A DNA stretch of 64,000 bases from Candidatus Latescibacterota bacterium (GTDB taxonomy: Bacteria > Latescibacterota > UBA2968 > UBA8231), in assembly GCA_965221775.1 (NCBI GenBank), contig CBDCSU010000004.1, forward strand, positions 352,001-416,000, given 5' to 3'. Positions 38,676-47,295 of the stretch are shown here, in pieces. Every line of letters begins with the position of its first letter. Position 1 is the stretch's first letter. Under the pieces are notes generated by a model. That model saw only the letters and a list, made by a program, of their open reading frames with translations. It was not told where the DNA came from and did no database searches. A program made the position numbers and the translations under genes.

Positions 38676-41615
38676 ATGGCAAAGACGGCTGACCACCCCG
38701 GCTCGGCGGGATCCTACGACTTCCAGCGCATCGAGAAGCGCTGGCGCGAGCACTGGATCGCCGAGGGCACGTACCGCACCGCCGGCCCGGGAGAGGAGGG
38801 CTACGACCCGGAGCAGCCGCGGTGCTACATCCTCGACATGTTCCCTTACCCCAGCGGTGAGGGCCTGCACATCGGCCACCCGAAGGGCTACATCGCCTCC
38901 GACATCTACAGCCGCTTCAAACGCATGGCGGGATACAACGTCCTGCATCCCATGGGGTTCGACAGTTTCGGCCTACCCGCCGAGCAGTATGCCATCGAGC
39001 ACAACGTCCATCCCGCCGTCTCCACCGATCAATGCGTCGACCGCATCCGCGCCCAGCTGCAGTACCTGGGCCTCGGCTACGACTGGGACCGGGAGATCTC
39101 CACCTCCCACGAGGACTACTACCGCTGGACCCAATGGATCTTCCTGCAGCTCTTCGACAGCTGGTACGACCCGGAGCTGGCGTGGCGCGACGACTCGGGG
39201 CGGTCCGTCCGCGGGCGGACCCGCCCGATCTCCGAGCTCGTGGATTCCTTCGAGAGGGGAGAGCGGCGGATCACGGACCAGGACCGGCGGTCCCTGCAGG
39301 GACGCCCCGGGGGCGCCGTGGAGGCCGGGTGGCAGGAGCTGTCCGAGGCGCAGCGCCAGGCGGTCCTGAACAACTACCGCATGGCCTACCAGAAGGAGGT
39401 CACCGTCAACTGGTGCCCCGGCCTCGGCACGGTCCTGGCCAACGAGGAGGTCACCGCCGAGGGTTGCAGCGAGATCGGCGACCACCCGGTGTACAGGCGG
39501 CCGCTGAAGCAGTGGATGCTGCGCATCACCGCCTTCGCCGAGCGGCTCCTGGAGGACCTCGATGCGGGGGCCCTGCCCGACGGCCGCGGCGGCACCTTTG
39601 CCCTCAACTGGCCGGAGTCGATCAAGCAGATGCAGCGCAACTGGATCGGCCGCAGCGAGGGCGCCGAGGTCCGCTTCGACGTGCTCGACGCCTCGGGCCG
39701 CGCCCGATCCAGCCTGGAGGTCTTCACCACCCGCCCCGATACCCTCTTCGGAGCCACCTTCATGGTCGTGGCGCCCCAGCATCCCCTGTTGTCGGAGGGC
39801 GACCAGATTCCGGAGGCCTGGCCGGAGGACACGCCTGGCGCCTGGAGGGGGGAGCCGGGAGCCTCCTCGCCCAGGGAAGCCGTGTCCCGCTACGCGGCCC
39901 AGGCGGCTCAATCCGCCTTCTCGGCGGCCGGGCAGGACCAGGAGAAGAGCGGGGTCTTCACGGGGATCTTCGCGCGCCGCCCCATGGACGGGCAGCGCAT
40001 CCCGGTCTTCACCGCCGACTATGTGAGCATGGACTACGGCACCGGAGCGATCATGGCCGTCCCCGCCCACGACGACCGGGACTACGCCTTCGCCCACAAG
40101 TACGGGATCCCGGTCATCGAGGTCGTCGAGCCGCCCCCGGAGGCGGCCGGCACCTCTCCCTATACGGGGGATGGAAGGTCGATCAACTCGCCCGGCGCAG
40201 GGGCCGGCGATCCCGCAAGCGGCAGCCCCTTTTCGATCTCGGGTCTGGCCACGGCCGAGGCGAAATCGCGCATGGTCGGCGCCCTGGAAGCGGCCGGCGT
40301 GGGCCGAAGGGCGGTCACCTGCCGCCTGCGTGACTGGGTGTTCTCGCGCCAGCGCTATTGGGGAGAGCCGTTCCCCCTGGCCACCCATCCCGACGGCTAC
40401 ACGGTGACCACCGGCCTGCCCGTGGTCCTCCCCGAACGAGAGGACTTCCGGCCCAGTACCTCGGATGATCCCGACACCCCGGTCACTCCGCCCCTCGGGC
40501 GGGCGGGCAGGGAGTGGACCCAGGTGGCGGTGGGGGGAACCCTCTGCGACCGCGAGCTCAACGTCATGCCCCAGTGGGCGGGATCGTGCTGGTACTTCCT
40601 GCGCTTCATCGATCCCCACAACGACGGAGCCTTCTGCGATCCGGAGAAGGAGAAGAGCTTCATGCCCGTCGATCTCTACATCGGCGGCGCCGAACACGCG
40701 GTGCTCCACCTGCTCTACGCCAGGTTCTGGCACAAGGCGCTCTTCGATCTGGGGCACGTGAGCTCCCCGGAGCCCTTCAAGAAGCAGTTCAGCCAGGGCA
40801 TGGTCACCGCCGACGCCTTCACCGACGACCGGGGGGTGTACATCGACATCCGCCAGGTCGCTTTCGACGGCGACGGCGAGCCCATCCACGCGCAGACCGG
40901 GCAGCGGCTGTCGAGACAACGGGGGAAGATGGGGAAGCGCTACAAGAACGGACTGCCCCCGGAAGAGGTAGGGGAGGAGTTCGGCGTCGATACCCTGCGG
41001 CTGTACGAGATGTACATGGGGCCCCTGGAGCAGAGCGCCCCGTGGAGCATGGAGGGGATCCGCGGCATGCAGCGGGTCCTGCAGCGGATCTGGAGAAACC
41101 TCGTCGCCCAGGACGGGAGCGCAAAGATCGACGACGGCAACGCCCCGGAGGAACTGCGCAGGCTGCTCCACCGGACCATTCGACGGATCACCGCCGACCT
41201 GGAGGGCCTGCGCTTCAACACCGCCATCGCCGGCCTCATCGAGCTCAACAACGAGTTGGTCTCACTCGAGAGAGTCCCGGTCAAGGTGGCGCGAACGCTC
41301 ATCCTCCTCCTGCATCCACTGGCCCCTCATCTTGCGGAAGAGCTGTGGGAGCGTTGCGGTTTCGGCTCCGGAGATCTCTCCGGCCAACCCTGGCCCGAAT
41401 TCGACGAAGCCCTGACCCGCCGGGAGACGATCCTCCTTCCGGTGCAGGTCAACGGCAAGGTCCGCGCCACGGTCGAGGTACCCGCTTCGACCTCCGAGGA
41501 GGAGGTGAGGGAGCATGTCCTCGGCCTGGACAACATCAAGCGGTACTTGCCCGACTCCGGCGAGATCAAGCGCATGATCCTCGTCCCGGGCAGGATCGTG
41601 AACATCGTAGTCTGA
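38676..41615 (+). CDS. leuS: Leucine--tRNA ligase
   Basis: Motifs DMFPYPSGEGLHIGH, FTTRPDTLFG, YGTGAIMAVPAHD and SRQRYWG. The KMSKS motif reads KMGKR. Confidence 0.96.
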   Translation: MAKTADHPGSAGSYDFQRIEKRWREHWIAEGTYRTAGPGEEGYDPEQPRCYILDMFPYPSGEGLHIGHPKGYIASDIYSRFKRMAGYNVLHPMGFDSFGLPAEQYAIEHNVHPAVSTDQCVDRIRAQLQYLGLGYDWDREISTSHEDYYRWTQWIFLQLFDSWYDPELAWRDDSGRSVRGRTRPISELVDSFERGERRITDQDRRSLQGRPGGAVEAGWQELSEAQRQAVLNNYRMAYQKEVTVNWCPGLGTVLANEEVTAEGCSEIGDHPVYRRPLKQWMLRITAFAERLLEDLDAGALPDGRGGTFALNWPESIKQMQRNWIGRSEGAEVRFDVLDASGRARSSLEVFTTRPDTLFGATFMVVAPQHPLLSEGDQIPEAWPEDTPGAWRGEPGASSPREAVSRYAAQAAQSAFSAAGQDQEKSGVFTGIFARRPMDGQRIPVFTADYVSMDYGTGAIMAVPAHDDRDYAFAHKYGIPVIEVVEPPPEAAGTSPYTGDGRSINSPGAGAGDPASGSPFSISGLATAEAKSRMVGALEAAGVGRRAVTCRLRDWVFSRQRYWGEPFPLATHPDGYTVTTGLPVVLPEREDFRPSTSDDPDTPVTPPLGRAGREWTQVAVGGTLCDRELNVMPQWAGSCWYFLRFIDPHNDGAFCDPEKEKSFMPVDLYIGGAEHAVLHLLYARFWHKALFDLGHVSSPEPFKKQFSQGMVTADAFTDDRGVYIDIRQVAFDGDGEPIHAQTGQRLSRQRGKMGKRYKNGLPPEEVGEEFGVDTLRLYEMYMGPLEQSAPWSMEGIRGMQRVLQRIWRNLVAQDGSAKIDDGNAPEELRRLLHRTIRRITADLEGLRFNTAIAGLIELNNELVSLERVPVKVARTLILLLHPLAPHLAEELWERCGFGSGDLSGQPWPEFDEALTRRETILLPVQVNGKVRATVEVPASTSEEEVREHVLGLDNIKRYLPDSGEIKRMILVPGRIVNIVV

Positions 41616-41666
41616 CGCGGCGAGGCCCCACCCCTGGGACTTCGTGGTGGCAGGCTGCCCAGGAAT

Positions 41667-41694
41667 GGGACACATAAGTAACTTTATGTCTATT
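41667..41694 (+). other. dif-like Xer recombination site A
   Basis: GGGACACATAA-GTAACT-TTATGTCTATT in 11-6-11 form. Each arm matches E. coli dif (GGTGCGCATAA / TTATGTTAAAT) at 8/11 by hand alignment. Confidence 0.65.
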
Positions 41695-41742
41695 TCCGGT
41701 CTCACCTGGGCGCGGAAAGCCCCCCGGCGAACAGGGAAGCCA

Positions 41743-42696
41743 TCACCGGATGTGGATGTAGTCCGAGGCGTTGTCCGTCAGCCGTTCCCGGTTCTCGTAG
41801 TATCGCATGGTGGTCTTGAGATCCTTGTGGCGCAGGTGAGCCTGCACCTGCTGGGGCTTGGCCCCGCCCTCGATCGACAGAGTGCAGCAGGTGTGGCGGA
41901 ACATGTGAGCGGTCACGTTTCGAGTCACGCCGGCACGGCGGGCGTGCTTGCGCACGATGGCGTTGATCGACTGGTCCGAGATCGGTCTTCCGCGGGACCG
42001 GTTGCGGGCCAGGGAGATGAAGGCATGCCCGTCCACCCGAAAGCCCCCGAGCTCGAGGGCCTGACGGTAGAGTGCCAGGTAGTGCAGAACGATGGGCTGC
42101 AGCTTTACGTCCTGAGGAACGCCGGACTTCGTCTCCGTGAGCCGGAGGAGGTGGAAGGCGCCTTCCTCGCTGAAATCCGCCCACTTCACGTTGGCAACTT
42201 CGGAGCGCCGAAGGCCGGCAAAGGTGAGGAGGTGCAGAACCGCCAAGTCCCGTGCCCGGATCAGCGGGTTCTCCTCTTCGGCAACAACATCAACAATGCT
42301 CTGTAATTCATTTCGGGACAGCGCCTTGCCGCTCACCGTCTCGTCCAGGCGATAGCCGCGCACGAGAGAGGCGTCGGCCGGGTTCTTGTCGATCAGGTCC
42401 GTGGCGACCATCATGCGGAAGAAGGCCTTCAGGCTCGCCAGCTTGCGGTTGATCGTCGACCGCCTGCGGCCGCTGGCGGCCAGGGTGTTCCGGAAGTCGA
42501 TGACATCGTCGAAGGTCACTGCGGCCACTCTCTCGGGAGTGACATGGCCGCTGCCGAAAAACTCACGGAGGTCCGCGCCGTAGGCCTTTCGGGTGCGCTC
42601 CGTCAACTGGCCCGCAAGGAAGCGCTCCAGTGGGTCCTCGGAGGCGGATCGTACAGGGTGCGTCGAAAGAGGGGCTGGCGTGGCTTCGGTGCTCAT
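41743..42696 (-). CDS. Tyrosine recombinase (Xer/integrase family)
   Basis: SAM-like N-terminus (TRKAYGADL, STINRKLASLKAFF) and a full catalytic set: GLRRSE (R), TETKSG (K), HMFRH (HxxR), HLRH (H) and TTMRYY (Y). Confidence 0.93.
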   Translation of the reverse strand: MSTEATPAPLSTHPVRSASEDPLERFLAGQLTERTRKAYGADLREFFGSGHVTPERVAAVTFDDVIDFRNTLAASGRRRSTINRKLASLKAFFRMMVATDLIDKNPADASLVRGYRLDETVSGKALSRNELQSIVDVVAEEENPLIRARDLAVLHLLTFAGLRRSEVANVKWADFSEEGAFHLLRLTETKSGVPQDVKLQPIVLHYLALYRQALELGGFRVDGHAFISLARNRSRGRPISDQSINAIVRKHARRAGVTRNVTAHMFRHTCCTLSIEGGAKPQQVQAHLRHKDLKTTMRYYENRERLTDNASDYIHIR

Positions 42697-42786
42697 CGAT
42701 CCAATATACCCAGCGCGCCGGGATCTGTCATTGCCGCGATCTCGCGGCAGCAGGCACGCTTCCTGGGGCCCGATTCGGGCTGTATC

Positions 42787-42818
42787 TAACCAACGATAAT
42801 GACTGTTATCGTTGGTTA
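42787..42818. repeat. Perfect 13-6-13 palindrome, probable cognate site of the adjacent tyrosine recombinase (site B)
   Basis: TAACCAACGATAA-TGACTG-TTATCGTTGGTTA, about 90 bp upstream of the recombinase start codon. Confidence 0.8.
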
Positions 42819-42921
42819 AGGGGCTTCGGCTTCACGGGGCGGCCGGGTCTTTGCCCCGGGGCCTCCTGGATCCCTTTGCTCGCACGCAGGCCAACCCCCT
42901 GGGCCTGGCTTCCAGAGCAGA

Positions 42922-42949
42922 ATGACACATAATCTATATTATCCGCCAT
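42922..42949 (-). other. dif-like Xer recombination site C
   Basis: The plus strand reads ATGACACATAA-TCTATA-TTATCCGCCAT. The reverse complement ATGGCGGATAA-TATAGA-TTATGTGTCAT resembles dif (7/11 and 8/11 arm matches). Confidence 0.6.
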
Positions 42950-42964
42950 GAATGCCGGTTGGAG

Positions 42965-44761
42965 TCATGTCCGGTGGAAGAGTCGATCGAGCTCTTGCAG
43001 AAGGATCTTGATCAGGATCGGCCGGCCGTGAGGACAGGCGAAGGGCTCGCGCGCGTTGAGCAGCTTCCGGACCAGCGTCTCCATCTCCGGGACGGAGAGC
43101 CTCTCGCCGGCGCGGATCGAAGTGTGGCACGCCATCGATGCGGCGACGGCGTCCCGTACCTCCAATCGGACATCCAGCTCCTCGATCAGGTCGGACAGAA
43201 TCTCGTGGAACAGGTCTCCGTCACCCCAGTGACGCAGCCCGGGCGGGATGGCATCGAGCAGCAGGCTCCCGGGACCGAACTCGCGCACGCCGAATCCCAG
43301 TCTCTCGAACAGCTCCCGAGCTTGCAGAAAGGCCTCCATCTCCACCGGGCTGACCGTGACGGTGAGGGGCACCAACAGCTGCTGGGAGGCCCCGCCTTCC
43401 GTTTCGAGGGCGTCCTGCACCTCCTCGAAGCGAACCCGCTCGTGCGCCACGTGCTGATCGACGACGAGGAGCCCGTCGCGGATGGGGATCAGCACGTACT
43501 TGTCGTGTATCTGCCAGGAGACCGTGGAGCGCCGCGCCTCCCCCAGGGTCTTCCTTCCCGCGGCGTCCGCCGGCACCGGCTCTCCGGGGACCGGGGCCGC
43601 GGGCAGCAGGGTCAGTCTCATCTGGTCCGCCGACCCGTCCCACGGCTCTGACTCGGGTTCGGGGAGATAGCCGGTCCGGCTCTCGGCCGGACCCTCGACC
43701 CGGGCCGTCTCCGCCGGCGCCGCCTCTCCGTCCTCACCGGACGGATAGGAGTAGGCCCGGGCCTCGGGGACCTTCAGGGCATCTCGCACCGCCTCCTGCA
43801 CCAGCTGCCGCAACTCCGGCTCCCGCGAAAAGCGCACCTCCCGCTTCGTGGGATGGACGTTGACGTCGAGATGGCGGGGATCGAGGTCCAGCCACAGGAC
43901 GAACTCGGGATGGGCGTTGTGCGGCAGCAGCGAGCCGTACCCGTTGTAGACGGCGGTGGTCAGGGGGCGACAGGCGATGGGACGCTGCCGGACCACGACG
44001 TACTGCCTGGAACGGGCCCGCCCGCACTCTCCCGGAGGCGTCAGGAAGCCCTCGACCCGCGCCTCCGCTCCACCGACCTCCGACTCCCGCTGAAGGGCGA
44101 GGAGCCGGCTGGCCTCGAGGCGGAGCAGTTCTGCCGCTCGCAGGTCTCGCTCCCCCGGAGGCAGGTCGAGGATCTGCCGGCCGCCGTGATCGAGGCGGAA
44201 GGAGACCTCCGGCCGGGCGGCGGCCAGGGCCACGACGGCCTGGGTCACATGCCGCAGCTCCGTGTCCCGGTGGCGCAGGAACTTCCGCCGTGCGGGGGTG
44301 TTGTAGAACAAGCCGCGGACCTCGATGGTGGTCCCCACGTCGCGCCCCGCGGGCAGCAGCTCGCGCTGCACACCGCCCTCGACGACGAGACGCGTGCCCT
44401 CGTCGCCCCCGGCGGGCCGGCTCTCCACCGTCAGCCGGGAGACGGCGGCGATGCTGGCCAGCGCCTCTCCTCGAAACCCCATGGTGGAGATGGTGAAGAG
44501 GTCGGTGGGCGTACGCATCTTGCTGGTGGCATGACGCTCGGTGCAGAGCTCCACGTCCTCCCGCGGCATGCCCAGACCGTTGTCGGCGACGCGGATCGCC
44601 TGCCGGCCCGCCTCTTCGATCTCGATCCCTATACGGCTGGCCCCGGCGTCGAGAGCGTTCTCCACCAGCTCCTTCACCACCGAGGCCGGCCGTTCGATCA
44701 CCTCCCCGGCGGCGATCTTGAGCACGAGGCTCTCGGGCAACCGCTGGATGCTCGCGCCCAT
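42965..44761 (-). CDS. mutL: DNA mismatch repair protein MutL
   Basis: Motifs IAAGEVIERPASVVKELVEN, GFRGEALASI, DQHVAHER and CPHGRP. Confidence 0.96.
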   Translation of the reverse strand: MGASIQRLPESLVLKIAAGEVIERPASVVKELVENALDAGASRIGIEIEEAGRQAIRVADNGLGMPREDVELCTERHATSKMRTPTDLFTISTMGFRGEALASIAAVSRLTVESRPAGGDEGTRLVVEGGVQRELLPAGRDVGTTIEVRGLFYNTPARRKFLRHRDTELRHVTQAVVALAAARPEVSFRLDHGGRQILDLPPGERDLRAAELLRLEASRLLALQRESEVGGAEARVEGFLTPPGECGRARSRQYVVVRQRPIACRPLTTAVYNGYGSLLPHNAHPEFVLWLDLDPRHLDVNVHPTKREVRFSREPELRQLVQEAVRDALKVPEARAYSYPSGEDGEAAPAETARVEGPAESRTGYLPEPESEPWDGSADQMRLTLLPAAPVPGEPVPADAAGRKTLGEARRSTVSWQIHDKYVLIPIRDGLLVVDQHVAHERVRFEEVQDALETEGGASQQLLVPLTVTVSPVEMEAFLQARELFERLGFGVREFGPGSLLLDAIPPGLRHWGDGDLFHEILSDLIEELDVRLEVRDAVAASMACHTSIRAGERLSVPEMETLVRKLLNAREPFACPHGRPILIKILLQELDRLFHRT

Positions 44762-44763
44762 CG

Positions 44764-45342
44764 CTACAGCTCCGGGGCGATCTCGGAGACGCGGCGCTCG
44801 TACTCCTCCTGGGTCAGGCGCCCCTCCTCCAGGTCCTTGCGGGCCCGGGCCAGGCGCTCCCGGGGGCTGCCCACCCGGCGGTGCGTCCGGGCCTGCTGCA
44901 CCAGGTTGTACAGTCCGAAGAGGAGGAGGCCGCCGATGGCGGCCATCCAGGCGGACTCGCGCAACCAGCGTCCCCGGTCGGAGCCCACGGACACGGCCAC
45001 CCCCGAGGCCCGCCACCGGGCGAAGACCTCGATCAGCTCGGACTCATCGGGCATGGGCGCGATGACGTCCTTGGCCAGGGACTGGTGGCCCTCCGCCTCG
45101 ATGACCACGGGTTGGCGCAGGCGGCCGATGAGCCTGCCCTCCACCACCTCGACCCTCTCGACCATCTCCTGGGACACCAGCTCCTCCAGCCGCTCCGGAC
45201 GGATGGCGGTCTCGGAGGGTGCCAGAAGGCTCAGCAGCAGGAGCAGGCTGATCAGCCCCAGGGCCAGGATCAGGGCGAGGGCCGTGGGCGAGGGTTCCGG
45301 GGTCGTCCCCGGGTTCTCCCTGGTCTCGTCATGGGTTGTCAC
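44764..45342 (-). CDS. Two-TM membrane protein with an FtsH-extracellular-like loop and a SHOCT-like tail
   Basis: TM, then ELVSQEMVERVEV, a second TM and a C-terminal EEGRLTQEEYER. GTGA overlap with the upstream gene. Confidence 0.55.
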   Translation of the reverse strand: MTTHDETRENPGTTPEPSPTALALILALGLISLLLLLSLLAPSETAIRPERLEELVSQEMVERVEVVEGRLIGRLRQPVVIEAEGHQSLAKDVIAPMPDESELIEVFARWRASGVAVSVGSDRGRWLRESAWMAAIGGLLLFGLYNLVQQARTHRRVGSPRERLARARKDLEEGRLTQEEYERRVSEIAPEL

Positions 45343-46238
45343 CGCAGCTCCCTCTCTCCCAGCCGGTGTCCGTGGCGGGCCGCCCGGTGCAGCCAGGCCG
45401 CCAGCTGCAAGGCGCGTCCGAGGCCCTCGGCCAGCGGGTCGGGGGCCGCCCCCCGTCCCTGCCTGACGGCCAGTAGATCTCGGTACTGGCGGCGCAAGCC
45501 GGTCACGCGGGCCTCGCCCAGGTCCTCGTGCACGAGGGCGCGGCCGCCCTGGCCGTAGAGCTCGAAGGCGGCCTCCGCCTCCGTCTCGGCTCCAAGGGCG
45601 TGAACCTCCAACACCGCTTCGAGCCCGTTGAGAAACTCCAGGTGGGCGAGGGCCAGGTCCTCCTCCGGCCGGTTGCGGACCAGGGCCCGGGTGTGGGCGG
45701 CCACCGTGTCGATGCGGCCGAAGATCTCCTCCAGCAGCAGGGGCGCCCAGAGGGCGTGCGACCCGAGGACGCCGCCCGTCCCGGCCCAGGCTCGCGGCAC
45801 CCGGACCCGCAGTCGGGAGTAGACCGGCCTCTCGACCCGGGTGACGGAGCGCCGCACCTCGTCGGCAAAACCCGAATGCAGGCTCGGAGCGTCGATGCGA
45901 AGCAGGCCCTGCCGCTCCGGCGCCCCCACGACGTCCCCCAGCTCTCCCGTCCGCCGCCCGGCGGCGGGAGGGCAGGCGCACAGGACCCCGTGCCCCGCTT
46001 CCAGGGCCCGGCGCACCCAGTATCCTCGCTCCGAAGGCGGGGAGAGAACGGTGACGATCCCCACCCGCGGGTCCGCCAACCACCCCTCCGGGCTCTCCTC
46101 CCCCGAAGGATGGAGGGCTCGCAGGCCCTCCACGGCGTCGACGGCCGCCAGATGGCGGGAACGCTCGGCGCTCCCCAGGACGGCGACGCCCATCTCTTCC
46201 GACACGAGCTTCCTCTCTCCTCTGACAGGGGTGAGCAC
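45339..46238 (-). CDS. Gfo/Idh/MocA-like oxidoreductase (degenerate)
   Basis: VAVLGS, WLADPRVGIVTV..PP and RALEAGHGVLCACP, where the canonical motif is HVLCEKP. Confidence 0.6.
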   Translation of the reverse strand: MLTPVRGERKLVSEEMGVAVLGSAERSRHLAAVDAVEGLRALHPSGEESPEGWLADPRVGIVTVLSPPSERGYWVRRALEAGHGVLCACPPAAGRRTGELGDVVGAPERQGLLRIDAPSLHSGFADEVRRSVTRVERPVYSRLRVRVPRAWAGTGGVLGSHALWAPLLLEEIFGRIDTVAAHTRALVRNRPEEDLALAHLEFLNGLEAVLEVHALGAETEAEAAFELYGQGGRALVHEDLGEARVTGLRRQYRDLLAVRQGRGAAPDPLAEGLGRALQLAAWLHRAARHGHRLGERELR

Positions 46239-46293
46239 CGCCGCCGGCCAGGGGCCATAAGGGGACGGCAGCGGGACCTCCTCGCGGAAGGGC

Positions 46294-47295
46294 TCAAGCC
46301 TTGGCGGGCCTGTTCCCCCCCTCCTTCTCCCCTGCCGCCTGTCTGTTCATCTGCCGAATGAGGCGCTTGTTGAACTCATGGGCCGCGTGGTAGCCGTCGA
46401 TGCGGAGCAGGTAGTTGAAGGCGATCGTCTCGGCGATGACGGTGATGTTCTTTCCGGGGTAGATCGGAACGGTGATCTCCGGGACCTCCACCCCGAGGAT
46501 GTTGAAGGCGCGGTCCTCGATGCCGGTGCGCTCGTAGTCCAGCTCCTCCTCCCAGTCCACGAGGGTGAGGACGATCTCGACTCGTTTCTGGCGGCGGGTC
46601 CCGCCGACGCCGAAGAGCCGCTTCACGTCCACGATGCCGATGCCCCGGATCTCGATGTGGTCCTGCAGCAGCCGCGGCGGACGGCCCATGAGCAGCCCGT
46701 GCGACTGGCGGGTGATGATCACCGTGTCGTCGGCCACGAGCCGGTGTCCGCGCTCGACAAGATCGAGACCGACCTCGCTCTTGCCGATGGCGCTGCGGCC
46801 CATGACCAGCAGGCCCACACCGTGGACATCGACGAGGGTTCCGTGCAGGGTCACCTGCGGAGCGAAGTGATCGTCCAGGTAGAAGTGAAGGAGATGGATG
46901 AACTTGGTGGTGTCGAACTCCGAGCGCAGCAGGGGGATCCCGTACTTGTCGGCGAGGCGGCGCAACTCGGGGAGCAGCCGGCCCCGGCCGGTGACGATCA
47001 CGCAGGGCAGCTCGAACTGGTAGATGATCTCCAGGGCCTGGAGCCGCCGGTCGGGAGGCAGGCTCCGGAGGTACTCCAGTTCGTGGTTGCCGAGGATCTG
47101 CACCAGGTCGAAGGTGAAGACCTCGACGAAGCCGGTGAGGGTCAGTCCGGGCCGATGGACGTCGCTGCTGTTGATGGAGCGGCCCATTCCCCCCTCCCCT
47201 GCCAGCAGACGCAGACCGAGACGGCGGCCATACTCCTTGAGCAGAGTCTCGATCTCCATCCGCGCCTCGCTCTGGCTGTTCGTGGTGGTGCTCAT
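46294..47295 (-). CDS. hprK: HPr kinase/phosphorylase
   Basis: Motifs HRPGLTLTGF, GRSAIGKSE..LDLVERGHRLVADD and IEIRGIGI. Confidence 0.95.
   Translation of the reverse strand: MSTTTNSQSEARMEIETLLKEYGRRLGLRLLAGEGGMGRSINSSDVHRPGLTLTGFVEVFTFDLVQILGNHELEYLRSLPPDRRLQALEIIYQFELPCVIVTGRGRLLPELRRLADKYGIPLLRSEFDTTKFIHLLHFYLDDHFAPQVTLHGTLVDVHGVGLLVMGRSAIGKSEVGLDLVERGHRLVADDTVIITRQSHGLLMGRPPRLLQDHIEIRGIGIVDVKRLFGVGGTRRQKRVEIVLTLVDWEEELDYERTGIEDRAFNILGVEVPEITVPIYPGKNITVIAETIAFNYLLRIDGYHAAHEFNKRLIRQMNRQAAGEKEGGNRPAKA

Noticed and set aside
41615-42965. Firm assignment of this site as the replication terminus
   Set aside because: Gene convergence here is suggestive, but strand switches also occur near 9.3 kb and 20.9 kb. 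GC skew could not be computed, so it remains a hypothesis.
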